This document shows, piece after piece, positions 1 through 10,853 of a stretch of 64,000 nt of DNA. Source of the stretch: a virus. Below the pieces are notes generated by a model. The model saw only the letters and a program-made list of their open reading frames with translations. It did not search any database and was not told the DNA's origin. A program made the position numbers and the translations under genes. The stretch lies in IMG/VR virus record IMGVR_UViG_3300033141_003544, positions 41,578 to 105,577 of that record; one strand, given 5' to 3'. Within the stretch, counting starts at the first letter, position 1. Every line of letters starts with the position of its first letter.

Positions 1-3000
1 TTCTCTTTCTGCTTCCTTTATTAATTTATTCCCGTCTTTTGTCAAAGGGTCAGCGTAAATATTAGGCAATCTTCTAATTCTACCCAATGGACTTACAACA
101 TATCCATTTTTATGAACAAAAGCTTTAACCATCTTTACCCATTTAGCTACACCTTTATAAGTGTTCCAAAAAGTATTTATACAGTGCTGAACTAATTCTT
201 CATCTACTTTCTCATCTTCTGGGTCCAGTTTTTCATTTATACTTTTAGTTAATTCAGTAGCGCCTCCCAAATAGGTTGTCCCAAAATTAGTTGAATTATG
301 TATTAATATACCGTTTGCTATAAAATGATGAAATTCATTATTAACCATTAAATCCCAAACTTCCTCTTCTTCTTTTATTTCTAATTTCTTTATTCTTTCT
401 ATTTTTGAACTCAGGTCAAAAATATTATTGACATTCCAGTCTCTAACTGATTGAAATTCTTTATTTATATTCATTATCTTCAGCATCTTATTAATTGAAC
501 TTAGAGAAATTATTAATCTCCATTTTGTTTCTTTAACTTTTCTTAAATTTGAAAATACCCCCACAGATAATAATAGTTGTTGTAAACCTTTACAAAGGTT
601 CTCTGAGCTAGAGCTGTAAACTATACTTATTGTCTTATTACTAGTTTTCCGTTTTGTTGTGTGAATTGAACCATCTCCTTTAAACAGAGATCTAATAAAC
701 TTTATTTTATTATTATAACTACTTCTCATAATTATTTTAGGGATATCTTTTTTATTTGATTTAAGTTTAAAATCTAAAATTTCGGCAATCCATGTAGTAA
801 ACTGTTTGCTAAAAATGGAAGCTTTTTTGTAAACATGAGTAGGATAACTTTTATTTTTTACTCTTCCTATTTTTACTTCACCAAATTTTTCCAATAAAAG
901 AACAATATCATCAAAATCTTTTGAAGAGTCGTCCACCCTTTGTCCTATAGTAATTCCATAAGGATTGGGTGTTATTTTTATTTGGCCTTCTGAAATAATC
1001 CAACCTAATAAACTAGATAGATCTCCAGTTAAATACTTGGGATAAGTTAATTTTTTATAACCGATGTCTTTTGGTTTTGGTAATTTTATTTTAGTAATAG
1101 ATGTGTCATACCCTTCAATAGGTACAAATAATCTATCTCCAATTTTAAGATCAGAAACTTTTTTTTCAATTATTTTATAATCCCTTTTTCTCGTAAACGG
1201 GGTTGTGGGGAGTTTATGATTCTCAGATAGTTTTAACTCTATACCGTTCTTCAAAACTATATTTATTATTTTTTTCTTTTCTTTTTGTTTTATTAAATAA
1301 ACTTCAGGATTATCCCATAAGCCTAAATGATCTCCTGGTTTTATCTCTTCTATAGGTATTAATCCTTTTTCTAAAATAGGGATTAATTGTCCTCTTGGTA
1401 AGCATTTTGCAATTTTGCGTTGTCTCACTGTAACCATTTCAGGTTTAATTCTAAAAACCTCACAAGCCATTTTTATATGAAGGTCTTCGTTATCTTTGTA
1501 AGCCTTTAACATAACTGGGTCTTGAGAATACCAAGCAATGATCCTCAATTCTATCTGAGAATAATCATGTTCTAAAAAATAATTTCCAGAGTCTGCAATA
1601 TATTGATGTCTTATTTCTTTTTCTCTGGGAATTGTATGGACAGGTACACCTCCTTCACGAACGGAAGGGGAGGCTAAACGGCCACTTACAGCCCCTGTCA
1701 GTTTCATATTGTAATGGATTCTCCCATCATCGTCTACAAAAGTTAATACAGGATTCAAATAAGTAGATATCATTTTTAATTTGTTTTTATACCTAACCGC
1801 ATCTGCACATATTGGATATTTTGTAGCTAATAAATTTAATGTCTCTTTATCAGTTTTATATTGATTTGTTTTGGTTTTCCCTTTATGTGGAATACCCATT
1901 TTATCGAACAAAGCCTCACCCAATTGTTTCCCAGAACCTATGTTAAATTCATAACCTACTTGTTTATAAATTTCTTGTGCTAACTCTTCTGCATCTTTTT
2001 CGTATTGTTTTATAACTTTTTTTGTTTGTTTTAGGTCTACACTTATGCCTTTTTGTTCTGCTTCTTTATAAATATTGTGCATGGGTAAATACAGGTCAAT
2101 ATATAAGTCCAACAGTTTTGGTTTTTTGTTTATCTCTTCCCATAGATCTCCAGCTAACCTAAAAGTTACATCTACATCACTACATCCATACTCTTTTAAT
2201 AATGCTATAGGAGCTTTATAAAGTTGACCTTCTTCATCCTCTTTTTCAGACAAATGTTGCTTTATCTTATGACTATAGCCCCTTTTATCCTCATACCTTC
2301 TATCGGCTTGATTTTTAATTGAGTGTAGTCTATTTTCATCCAACAGATAATCTAACATGACTACATCCATAGTCAAATTTTCTATTTTACAATCCCAGTG
2401 GTATTCCATAAACTTAGAATCAAATTTATAATTAGCACCTGCGACTTTTTTATTTGGATCAGATACTATTTCTCGTAAACTTCCTATAATATCTTCTTGA
2501 TGTTCCCCCCAAAATTTATACATAAAAAACTCTCCAATAATATAATCTTTCTTTTTCTTTATTACTCTTTCGATTTTCACATTATATTTCTCTAAATCTC
2601 TTTCTTTAAATAAATCTTCATCTATATCTTTATTTATAAGCAATGGAATATAAATACCTTGTTTTTCTTCCCATGAAAAACTAATACCTATAATTTGATC
2701 TGTTCTATAATTCAAACCAGTAGTTTCAATATCTATTGCTAATTTCTCTTTTTTCTTTAAAATTTGAAATATTTCATCAAATTCTTCAATGGTTTTAATC
2801 AATCTATAGTCATATACTGTCTCATTTGCAGCAATTGGAGTACCATCCATTATTCTTTTGACTTCTTTTAAATCAGATAGCCAAACAGTCTCTTCAGCTG
2901 GGTTTCTTAAAATATACGCAGGATGGTATGTAGGAAGTATTGGAATTTTATAACCTTCACGAGTATATATATGACCTCTGATATTAGTAATTTTAGTTTT

Positions 3001-3405
3001 TCCTATTAAAACTTTCGAAGCTACGTTTCCCAGAGGTATTATACATTTGAGGGAGTTAAGTGATATTAAATAATTTAAGATAGTATCAAAATTAGATTTG
3101 CAAGTTTTAATCTCTGTATTACCAGGAGTCGTATTACCAGGGAGTCTACAGCAACATACATTAAAAAATACACAATCCTGATCATCATCAATACCGATAG
3201 TCCTTAATTCTTTTCTTAGCCGTTGTCCCGACCTACCTTGAAAAACTTTACCTGTTCTCTCTTCTTCACCACCAGGAGCTTCTCCTATAAAGGCCAGTTT
3301 GGGTTTATCAAAATTTCCAGTAGCATTATAAGGATTATAGTGAGAGGGATCATACAAAGGACAAGATTTGCATTTGTCAAGAGGTAGTATTAGGTGGTTT
3401 TTCAC
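1..3405 (-). CDS. polA: Family A DNA polymerase with N-terminal family-4 uracil-DNA glycosylase domain and 3'-5' exonuclease; intein-containing; runs off the window
   Basis: Not in the ORF track because it is open at the window edge. Hand translation from GTG 3405 gives KCKSCPLY..FIGEAPG..TYHPAYILR (UDG-4), AIDIETTGL (ExoI), HDYSQIELR (motif A) and RKIAK|STNFGTTY (motif B). Confidence 0.93.
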   Translation of the reverse strand, partial: MKNHLILPLDKCKSCPLYDPSHYNPYNATGNFDKPKLAFIGEAPGGEEERTGKVFQGRSGQRLRKELRTIGIDDDQDCVFFNVCCCRLPGNTTPGNTEIKTCKSNFDTILNYLISLNSLKCIIPLGNVASKVLIGKTKITNIRGHIYTREGYKIPILPTYHPAYILRNPAEETVWLSDLKEVKRIMDGTPIAANETVYDYRLIKTIEEFDEIFQILKKKEKLAIDIETTGLNYRTDQIIGISFSWEEKQGIYIPLLINKDIDEDLFKERDLEKYNVKIERVIKKKKDYIIGEFFMYKFWGEHQEDIIGSLREIVSDPNKKVAGANYKFDSKFMEYHWDCKIENLTMDVVMLDYLLDENRLHSIKNQADRRYEDKRGYSHKIKQHLSEKEDEEGQLYKAPIALLKEYGCSDVDVTFRLAGDLWEEINKKPKLLDLYIDLYLPMHNIYKEAEQKGISVDLKQTKKVIKQYEKDAEELAQEIYKQVGYEFNIGSGKQLGEALFDKMGIPHKGKTKTNQYKTDKETLNLLATKYPICADAVRYKNKLKMISTYLNPVLTFVDDDGRIHYNMKLTGAVSGRLASPSVREGGVPVHTIPREKEIRHQYIADSGNYFLEHDYSQIELRIIAWYSQDPVMLKAYKDNEDLHIKMACEVFRIKPEMVTVRQRKIAKCLPRGQLIPILEKGLIPIEEIKPGDHLGLWDNPEVYLIKQKEKKKIINIVLKNGIELKLSENHKLPTTPFTRKRDYKIIEKKVSDLKIGDRLFVPIEGYDTSITKIKLPKPKDIGYKKLTYPKYLTGDLSSLLGWIISEGQIKITPNPYGITIGQRVDDSSKDFDDIVLLLEKFGEVKIGRVKNKSYPTHVYKKASIFSKQFTTWIAEILDFKLKSNKKDIPKIIMRSSYNNKIKFIRSLFKGDGSIHTTKRKTSNKTISIVYSSSSENLCKGLQQLLLSVGVFSNLRKVKETKWRLIISLSSINKMLKIMNINKEFQSVRDWNVNNIFDLSSKIERIKKLEIKEEEEVWDLMVNNEFHHFIANGILIHNSTNFGTTYLGGATELTKSINEKLDPEDEKVDEELVQHCINTFWNTYKGVAKWVKMVKAFVHKNGYVVSPLGRIRRLPNIYADPLTKDGNKLIKEAERE
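295..1404 (-). mobile_element. Intein (370 aa) with LAGLIDADG endonuclease in polymerase motif B
   Basis: In frame: K|CLPRGQLI...ILIHN|STNFG; LLGWIISEG and SLFKGDG motifs. Confidence 0.92.
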
Positions 3406-3664
3406 TTTTTAGTTTCTCCGATACTATTTTATTTTTTGTTTTTAGTTGAAAATCGGTCTCTACAGATTGAGCAATTAAACTATCTATATATTTTGACAAA
3501 GATGTTACTCTCGATTTTAATAATCTCTTCAGTATCCTTAGTTTTATTCTATATTCTTTATTACCCACCAATGTGTTTATTTTGAGTTTTTGTAAAGACA
3601 ACATTGGAAGATAATTTCTTATTTCTTCAACCCAATCATCAAGTTCTCTATGTAATCTATTCAT
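3377..3664 (-). CDS. hypothetical protein
   Basis: ORF in operon, overlaps polymerase start. Confidence 0.6.
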   Translation of the reverse strand: MNRLHRELDDWVEEIRNYLPMLSLQKLKINTLVGNKEYRIKLRILKRLLKSRVTSLSKYIDSLIAQSVETDFQLKTKNKIVSEKLKSEKPPNTTS

Positions 3665-3704
3665 TTTTTGTATATAATCTATTTAATGGGTTTATGCTCT
3701 TACA

Positions 3705-4130
3705 TTATACTTTTTCTATTTTAATATCTTTTAATGTTTTTACAAATAAATCTCTATCCCTTGATATATAATCTAATTTATAATAAATTTTCTTTACATT
3801 GGCTGCTATAAGTATTTTATAACAATTGATACAAGGATTATGTGTAACATAACAAATTAATGTTTTATACCTTTTAGGTAAGTTTGCAACTGCTCCCGCT
3901 TCACTATGGATAGTCCTAATACAATGGTTTGCATTGTGTTCTTCACTAAGTAAACAACCTACATCTTCACAATGTGGACTGCCTGATGGAGCTGAATTAT
4001 AACCTACTGAAACGACTCGATTATCTTCAGTAGTTAAAACACACCCTACTTTTAGTTTCCCACACGTACCACGTTCTTTTACTATTTCAGCCATTTTCAT
4101 AAAATATTCTATTCTAGTTAAGCGGCCCAT
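3705..4130 (-). CDS. dCMP deaminase (intact)
   Basis: GYNSAP, HCIRTIHSE, THNPCINC zinc motifs; ATG 4130 after GGAGG. Confidence 0.9.
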   Translation of the reverse strand: MGRLTRIEYFMKMAEIVKERGTCGKLKVGCVLTTEDNRVVSVGYNSAPSGSPHCEDVGCLLSEEHNANHCIRTIHSEAGAVANLPKRYKTLICYVTHNPCINCYKILIAANVKKIYYKLDYISRDRDLFVKTLKDIKIEKV

Positions 4131-4923
4131 AGACCCCTCCAAAAATTTTTCTTTTCCTATCCAATGAAATTGTTGAACCCTTATATAAATACACCATAAA
4201 TTTCTCTACCTCGTTCATTGAATTAACCCTATAACTATATAAAGGGTTTTTTCTTCCTTTTATTGAACAATTAACCCATCCAAAACCTACTATTTCTTTA
4301 ATGAAATTCATAACTGATTCAGTTCCTGCAATAGATACTATCCCTCTTTTGTATTTATTAAGATGAATACAACCATCACCGTCGAAATACCCTCTTATCC
4401 AATGTCTAATCAAATCCATTGAAACATTTTTTGGGGGCTCTAATACCAAAGACTTTCTTTCTAAAATACCTTTATTGATTAAATCATAATACATTTTATT
4501 TGAGCTTAACAGATATCTGTATCGATAGAAGACTTTACCGTTTAATTTTCTTGATCTCTTACGAGGTTCAAAATTGGCTTCAATTGCTTTTCCAAATTTC
4601 TTCAAATGTTTTAAATCTTTTTCAGCTAAACTTAAATTTATTCTCTTCCTTTTATATCTTGGAGGTGGTGTATATAAACTCCCATCTGCTGCAATCATTC
4701 CCAACCAATAAGCTTTTTCTTCATTATCAATTGTTTCAAAATAATTTTCATTAAAGGATTTCCATTTACCTTTAGTAGGTAAATGAGATAAGTTATATTC
4801 TTTTATTCTTTTTGCAATAGCTTGTCGTTTCTTTAACCCAAATACCTTTGCTATTTCTTTTTGAGAATGTTTACCGTCTAATAGTTTTTTAAGTTCTTCT
4901 GAATTAACTTCTACTTTCTTCAT
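4114..4923 (-). mobile_element. Free-standing double-motif LAGLIDADG homing endonuclease with N-terminal HTH
   Basis: YWLGMIAADG and WIRGYFDGDG motifs. Confidence 0.9.
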
Positions 4924-5288
4924 TCATCTCTTTCCTCTGGAATCAAAGTCATGCTATGGGCTTGATCTTCACCGTTAACTTTTAATCCTTTAATTAATTT
5001 TAATTTTACTAATATTTTTTTGAATTTAGCTTTTTCAATACAGTGTACAGTTCTTATACAATGACCTTTATACAACAAACAACCTTTATCAAGACAGTGG
5101 TCTTGTCCTGGAGGGGCCCCGTTGTAACCAATTGCCGTTATTCTGTTATTTCTAGTTATCACACACCCTGCTTTTATATGACATGTTGACCTTTCTGCAG
5201 CTAAGTCTGCTATTTTTAGATAGTAAGTGATTCTATTCATTCTAGTTCTGTTGATAGCTGGTTTTGTCCTGTCCACAAGATTCCTCAA
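4920..5288 (-). pseudogene. N-terminal half of a second dCMP deaminase, ending in a possible decayed intein N-fragment
   Basis: Homology stops exactly at HCIRTVH; no catalytic E and no PCxxC; followed by CIEK..LIKGLKV. Confidence 0.7.
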
Positions 5289-5333
5289 AAATTTTTATAT
5301 TTTAATATAGAAATTTTATATTGAAATTCAACA

Positions 5334-6335
5334 TTAAGGATTGTCTTTTAATACATCATTCCAGTCTTTGTAAGGGTTTTGTGGAGAATGTATTTCAACT
5401 AATATTTTTTTGTCAAGGAATTTCTTTTTCAATTCTATAGATGCTCTTAAACCAGGATCATCATTGTCGAAAGCTACAACAACAGTTTCAAAATCTCTAA
5501 ATTTATCAACCCACTCTTTTTTAAAATGTTGTACTCCTGGAATACCTATTGCGTATTTCCCCATTAACTCCAACGAAATACAATCAATAACAGACTCAGT
5601 TATACATATTTCTTTAACATCAGGGTTGTTCATAATTTCACAATTATAAGGAAAAAGCAATGGACTTCTTATATTTCTATAAGGAGGTACTATATCTTTT
5701 TCAAGTGTTCTAGCTTGTATCCAATATACTTCATCATCTTTTATAAAAGGAAATAATAATTTGTGTTTTAAAAATACAAAATAACCATTATCATTAAACA
5801 AACCTACTTTTTTTAACTCTTCTAAACTCCAGGTACTCAATAAATAAATTGAAGCTCTATTGTAGTTTTTTATATCTGTAATTCTCTTATTCTTAATTAT
5901 TTCTAATGGTATACCTCTATTTAATAAATACTGTTTTGACTCCTCCGAAATCGGTCCACATTTTTTAATGAAATCTGTTAATATTTTTTGTGGTGGAGTA
6001 GGGATATAAGGGGTATTACGGTCTACATTTTTTGCCATATCAATCGGATTAAATTTCTTTCTTATTGTTCGTCTTCCAACGTTACCATTTTCAAACCATT
6101 TTACTGCTTCTTGAAAATTTTTCTCCAATACTATCATTACGAAGTCTATATTGGAACCGTGTAAACCACAACTAAAACATTTAAAGCAATTTTCGGGCCC
6201 ATTAATAGAGCAACTGGGATTGAAATCCAAATGATTTGGATTAATACAATGAATAAATCCATTTTCGTTTACTGGAATAGCTAAGGTGTCACAGATATCA
6301 TATAAACTAATTTTTTTAATTTCTTTTAAGTCCAT
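5334..6335 (-). CDS. dnaG: DNA primase (CHC2 zinc finger + TOPRIM)
   Basis: CINPNHLD..CFSCG; ITESVIDC; AFDND. Confidence 0.9.
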   Translation of the reverse strand: MDLKEIKKISLYDICDTLAIPVNENGFIHCINPNHLDFNPSCSINGPENCFKCFSCGLHGSNIDFVMIVLEKNFQEAVKWFENGNVGRRTIRKKFNPIDMAKNVDRNTPYIPTPPQKILTDFIKKCGPISEESKQYLLNRGIPLEIIKNKRITDIKNYNRASIYLLSTWSLEELKKVGLFNDNGYFVFLKHKLLFPFIKDDEVYWIQARTLEKDIVPPYRNIRSPLLFPYNCEIMNNPDVKEICITESVIDCISLELMGKYAIGIPGVQHFKKEWVDKFRDFETVVVAFDNDDPGLRASIELKKKFLDKKILVEIHSPQNPYKDWNDVLKDNP

Positions 6336-6709
6336 TTTTGTGCTTTCTGTAACAGTTAAAATTTGATAAATTTAACCGGTACTTTTATCATATATTCCGT
6401 ATTTCCAATCCATATAGGAACAACTTGAACTTGTTCATTTCGTTTTAAAGGTTTTCCAGTTATTGGACTTTCATTTTTTATAGAACGTTCTACTATTAAT
6501 TTTTCAATTTTGTTCATTTTTCCTCCTTTGATTTTTCAAATTCGCCTAAGGCATCATTGATTTCTTTTTCATATTCTTTTCTAATTAAAATATCCAACCT
6601 GTCTTTATGAATCTTTGTAGGTCGGTGTCTAATCCTACGTTTAGGTAATATACGGTTCAATTTGATTATCTCCTTTTTCATTTCTAACTTTTACTCTTTT
6701 TTGAACTTT

Positions 6710-7660
6710 TTATCTGATATTTGATAATTCTTTTATAGAATCTTCATGTCTTAAAATCTGTTTGCAGATGTCCTCTATTATCTGAGGAACAATACTTGAC
6801 CCCGCTTGATCATATTGTAAGGTTTTAGGCCCATAAAATATAAAATCATCAGGAAAGCCCTGACAACGAGCAACTTCTCTAACGGTTAAAACTCTTGACT
6901 CCCATGGGTGAACATATTGTGTCCTGTGACTTGTCATTGTAGGAGCGGGTTTATCAGGGTCCAATCTCCTATTATTTTGAGTCCCATAATAGGACTCGCC
7001 AATTTTTAGTTTTCTAAAACCCTCTGCCCTTTTTTGTGAATGTTTAGAAGGTATATGATTTGGTGTATTATCTAAATCTTTCAAAATATCTTTTAAATTT
7101 TTAAAATTTTTTATTTTTGGATTAGGAAACCAATATTTAAAATAACCTAAATCTCCTATTATAAAAAGTCTTTCCCTATTTTGTGGTACATTATAATATT
7201 TAGCATTTAAAAAATGTTTCTGAATATTATAACCTTTTAACTCTATAAATAATTTTTCATTAGTAGTATAGTTGATTAAGGATACACCATATTCGTTGAT
7301 CCATATACTATTAGCAACTGAAGTTAAATTCTCTAAAATAAAATATTTGGGTCTTCTTTTTTGTATTACTTTTAAAAACTTGTAAATTTCCCAATCTTCT
7401 ATTTTAAAATCTAATCTATTTTTCTTTCTAACGGCTAAATTACTAAAAGCTTTACAAGGAGGTTGGCCTATAATAATATCTACTTCACGATCATCAAACC
7501 AACTTATCTCCTTTGAAATACAAATATCATTAAAATTTTTAAAAATGGTTTCTGATATCGACCAATCTCTATTGTCCTCTAAATAAACGGGTTTCATTCC
7601 ACACCATTTTGCCCCTAATAATCCGGAACCGATACCACCATAAACACTACCTATTCTCAT
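6710..7660 (-). CDS. DNA cytosine-C5 methyltransferase
   Basis: Variant motif I (YGGIG), PPCKAFS, ENL, QNRER, TVREVARCQGFPD. Confidence 0.9.
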   Translation of the reverse strand: MRIGSVYGGIGSGLLGAKWCGMKPVYLEDNRDWSISETIFKNFNDICISKEISWFDDREVDIIIGQPPCKAFSNLAVRKKNRLDFKIEDWEIYKFLKVIQKRRPKYFILENLTSVANSIWINEYGVSLINYTTNEKLFIELKGYNIQKHFLNAKYYNVPQNRERLFIIGDLGYFKYWFPNPKIKNFKNLKDILKDLDNTPNHIPSKHSQKRAEGFRKLKIGESYYGTQNNRRLDPDKPAPTMTSHRTQYVHPWESRVLTVREVARCQGFPDDFIFYGPKTLQYDQAGSSIVPQIIEDICKQILRHEDSIKELSNIR

Positions 7661-7842
7661 ATTTTCCTTTCTATTATACTAAAATCTATATCTTCAAAAT
7701 CTCCCATAATATTATTAACTATTTCAATTTCTTTATAGGGTATATCTGAATCTTTTACCATTTTCGACCATAATTCTTCTAGAGCAGTTTCTAATTCATT
7801 TCTGGCGTTTATAACTTTTCTGTAAGAAATGGGAGTTATCAT
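7657..7842 (-). CDS. hypothetical protein
   Basis: Translationally coupled ORF. Confidence 0.6.
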   Translation of the reverse strand: MITPISYRKVINARNELETALEELWSKMVKDSDIPYKEIEIVNNIMGDFEDIDFSIIERKI

Positions 7843-9789
7843 CTAATATATTTCCTTATTCTTATAATCCTTTTTATATATATGTAAACTATTGCAAAAA
7901 TAAGTTAAATCTCCAACTGTCACTCCTATTTGTTTAGTTATATATTGTTGAAGTTTTATTGCTAATGCAATATCATTAGGAAAATGAGTAACAAAATCAC
8001 AAGATCTCATTATATAGGACATGTGAAGTTTGTTCTCCCTTCTGAGAAACATATACCCCGTTGAACAGTTATGAACTGAAGCTCCTAATAAAGAATAACT
8101 TTCATCTTCTTCTACTTCTAAATTATAAACCTTTATTGATTGAATATATTTTTTTACTTCTATTCCTTTTACTTTATAATAAGCTTTACCTTTATTAAAA
8201 CTTACTGTATTAATATTATTGTTTTTCCAATTGCCTTTTATATGAGGAAGACCAGGATAACATAGTTCTTTTAAAGATCTATTGGATGTGGAGATACTAT
8301 ATGAAGAATGATAAAAATGTCTCCCCTCAATTGCATGTCCGGATCTAATAGGTATGAACTGTATACTATAACTCACATTATTTCTTAGCAGTATTAGGCC
8401 TAATTGCAAAATTAGATCTTTAGAACAAGAAGTAAAAGTTAAACGACCTGTTTTTCCTGTGGATTTTTTATTTTTTGTTACATACCCATCTCCTCTTGTA
8501 TATCCTACAACAATTTGGAGTTGCTTTTTAGGAGGTAAATACATAAATGATTTTGGAATAGTTTTTGTGTGAGAGTGTGAACCTCCAAACAAATTCCAAA
8601 AAAGATGACCTACTATTTTAGAAGCATAAGTTATTCTATAATTATTACCATCCTCTTTCCAATTAAATTTAGGTTTTTTTAATCCAAACTTTTCTAACAT
8701 TATTTTTGCTACATCTTCACCATATTTTTCTTCTCCTTTTGCAAAATAAAATTTTATTTGTGATTTCCCATCTCTACCTCCCGTTGCACAACCGTCTGCT
8801 AAAAAGTAACCTACTAACCGTAAAAAATCTTCATCTACTTGGATTATTTTAGGAATACTATGACAGTTCTTTTTATCAGCAGCTTTAATAGTTTTTGAAC
8901 TTATCTCAATAAAATCTTCAGTGTTAATATAATCTGTTATATTTAAATATTTTATATCTTTTCTACTATTATTAAAGTTAAATTCTATATAATCTCCTTC
9001 TTTAATTTCAGAAGCACTTAACCATTTTGATTTAACTTCACGAATATTCTTAGAGGTTATTTTTTCTTTAGAGGAATAAGTTAAAATAGGGTGGTCTTTT
9101 GTACAAATTATATCTTCCCCGCCATATCTTTTTATTTTTATAAGTTCATTCGTTTCATTCTCAAAAATTTTATTGACTCTTTTAAATCTACCTTTATGTG
9201 TTAAAACTTTATCTCCTTCTTTAATATTTTCAATATTTGTCCATTTAAAATCCCTTGTAATAATTTTTGTTTTAACTGGAAAGCATGGGATACGTTTTTT
9301 ACCACCCATATTTTCTAAATCAAATACATTATTGTGTATTTCTATTATTGCTTGTCTTGTATTTGGTCGATCATGTAATTCTTGTATAACTTTTGATAAC
9401 TGGGGTTTTATTCTTTCATTGTAGGTATAACTGAATTTATTTTGACCTTTTTCATCTTGATGTAAAAACTCTTGCCAAACGTCCTTTCTTAAAGTCCAAG
9501 CCATACCTGGATTTACAAAATGTTGACTAACCCTTTCTTTGGCTTCAGCTTCTATCCATTCCATTGACAGACCTGCATTATATTCTTTATTAATATAATC
9601 TATCATTTCCTTGATTCTCTCTCCTGTTTTTAATATAAAACAAGTCCCTCTAATTTCTTTTGTATAATAATCCTCATCCCCTTCAATAATTTTATCTTGC
9701 ATAGAATAACCTTTTACTTCAGTACCCATTTCAATAAGGTTTCTTTCTTCCTCTTTTATCATTTGAAGAGTATCACTATATATTCTCAT
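7843..9789 (-). CDS. Thymidylate-synthase-family enzyme 1 (dCMP-type, e.g. hydroxymethylase/hydroxylase), intein-containing
   Basis: YTYNER, TRQAII, RIP|C, RSCDFVTHFPND with Asp at the specificity position. Confidence 0.85.
   Translation of the reverse strand: MRIYSDTLQMIKEEERNLIEMGTEVKGYSMQDKIIEGDEDYYTKEIRGTCFILKTGERIKEMIDYINKEYNAGLSMEWIEAEAKERVSQHFVNPGMAWTLRKDVWQEFLHQDEKGQNKFSYTYNERIKPQLSKVIQELHDRPNTRQAIIEIHNNVFDLENMGGKKRIPCFPVKTKIITRDFKWTNIENIKEGDKVLTHKGRFKRVNKIFENETNELIKIKRYGGEDIICTKDHPILTYSSKEKITSKNIREVKSKWLSASEIKEGDYIEFNFNNSRKDIKYLNITDYINTEDFIEISSKTIKAADKKNCHSIPKIIQVDEDFLRLVGYFLADGCATGGRDGKSQIKFYFAKGEEKYGEDVAKIMLEKFGLKKPKFNWKEDGNNYRITYASKIVGHLFWNLFGGSHSHTKTIPKSFMYLPPKKQLQIVVGYTRGDGYVTKNKKSTGKTGRLTFTSCSKDLILQLGLILLRNNVSYSIQFIPIRSGHAIEGRHFYHSSYSISTSNRSLKELCYPGLPHIKGNWKNNNINTVSFNKGKAYYKVKGIEVKKYIQSIKVYNLEVEEDESYSLLGASVHNCSTGYMFLRRENKLHMSYIMRSCDFVTHFPNDIALAIKLQQYITKQIGVTVGDLTYFCNSLHIYKKDYKNKEIY
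8068..9285 (-). mobile_element. Intein (406 aa) with LAGLIDADG domain, inserted before the catalytic Cys
   Basis: P|CFPVKT...TKDHPI...SVHN|CST; VGYFLADG and GYTRGDG. Confidence 0.92.
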
Positions 9790-9827
9790 TTCTTATTATT
9801 CCTTTTGCAATTTTCATAAATACGCAT

Positions 9828-10208
9828 TTATATTACTTCTTCTTCAGTTAATATATTCTTATCTGGATCTCCAATAAAAACTATATTGTTTGGATATGCA
9901 TGTTTCATAAATAAATTTCTTATTTCTTTAACTGAATAACCTGCCAATCCAGTTCCTATAGCTGTTAAAAGAAATATTTTATCTTTATTTAATCTAGCAA
10001 AATTTATGAAATCAGATATATAATTATCTATTATATTTAATGGGAGTGTTTTCAAATTTTCATCTTTTGTTGGAATAGCATAAGAGTTACCTTGTATACC
10101 TTCTCCAATACCTTTAATTGCTCCATAATACTTATAAGCATATAGGGCTGCACCCCTACCATGTTTTCCTGCTTTGTTAGAACCAAAAACAAAAATATTA
10201 GATTTCAT
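9828..10208 (-). CDS. Macro-like phage protein (A1S_2505-like)
   Basis: IFVFGSNKAGKHGRGAA, YAIPTK, TAIGTGLAG signature. Confidence 0.7.
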   Translation of the reverse strand: MKSNIFVFGSNKAGKHGRGAALYAYKYYGAIKGIGEGIQGNSYAIPTKDENLKTLPLNIIDNYISDFINFARLNKDKIFLLTAIGTGLAGYSVKEIRNLFMKHAYPNNIVFIGDPDKNILTEEEVI

Positions 10209-10319
10209 AAATTCTCATTTCTTGATATTTTTCTTTTTCTTCTTTTTCTTTTTGATTAATTTATCTCTTTGTATAGGAAAAGCTTGTGATGTTACAGCCA
10301 TAATTCCCTCCTTTAAATA

Positions 10320-10571
10320 TTATCCCACTCTTTTTAACTCGTTAATGATTTCTTTAACTAAATTCTCCATAAATTCTCTTGTCCACCAATCTTTGAATTG
10401 TCTTATAAATTCTTTTGCTCCGTCTTTTGCTACAATCTTATCATTAAATGTTTCCATATCACAATCAAGAGAATCAAGAATATCTTGATCTACTTTATAT
10501 ATGGAAATCAAGGCAACAGTTTGGCGATTTATAAGTATTGGTCTACGAGATTCTTCATTTATTATACCCAT
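10320..10571 (-). CDS. hypothetical protein
   Basis: ORF with GAGGA SD. Confidence 0.6.
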   Translation of the reverse strand: MGIINEESRRPILINRQTVALISIYKVDQDILDSLDCDMETFNDKIVAKDGAKEFIRQFKDWWTREFMENLVKEIINELKRVG

Positions 10572-10590
10572 AATTTCCTCATTTGATACT

Positions 10591-10624
10591 ATTCAGCGTT
10601 GGGTTTAATTACCCAACGCTGAAT
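10591..10624 (-). terminator. 14-bp stem hairpin (terminator or processing site)
   Basis: ATTCAGCGTTGGGT/ACCCAACGCTGAAT; weak U-tract. Confidence 0.55.
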
Positions 10625-10664
10625 CCCAGTTATACATGCGCCTGTGAATAGTTGTCGCAAATCC

Positions 10665-10769
10665 TTATTTCTTTTTATTTGGTTTACAATTACCCCTTTT
10701 TAAACCTCCCCTTGGTTTACTTGGTCTTGGTGACTGTTTTCTTGGTCCCCGTCCGTCTCGGTCTGGCAT
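10665..10769 (-). CDS. 34-aa basic G/R/P-rich peptide (DUF5320-like start)
   Basis: MPDRDGRGPRKQSPRPSKPRGGLKRGNCKPNKKK; AGGAGG SD; own promoter at 10854-10882. Confidence 0.65.
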   Translation of the reverse strand: MPDRDGRGPRKQSPRPSKPRGGLKRGNCKPNKKK

Positions 10770-10853
10770 ATTAGACCTCCTTTACTCAAGATATGTTCCA
10801 CATTTACTACAATATTGATTAGCTGAAGATGATTCTTATAAATAATTTATTAT

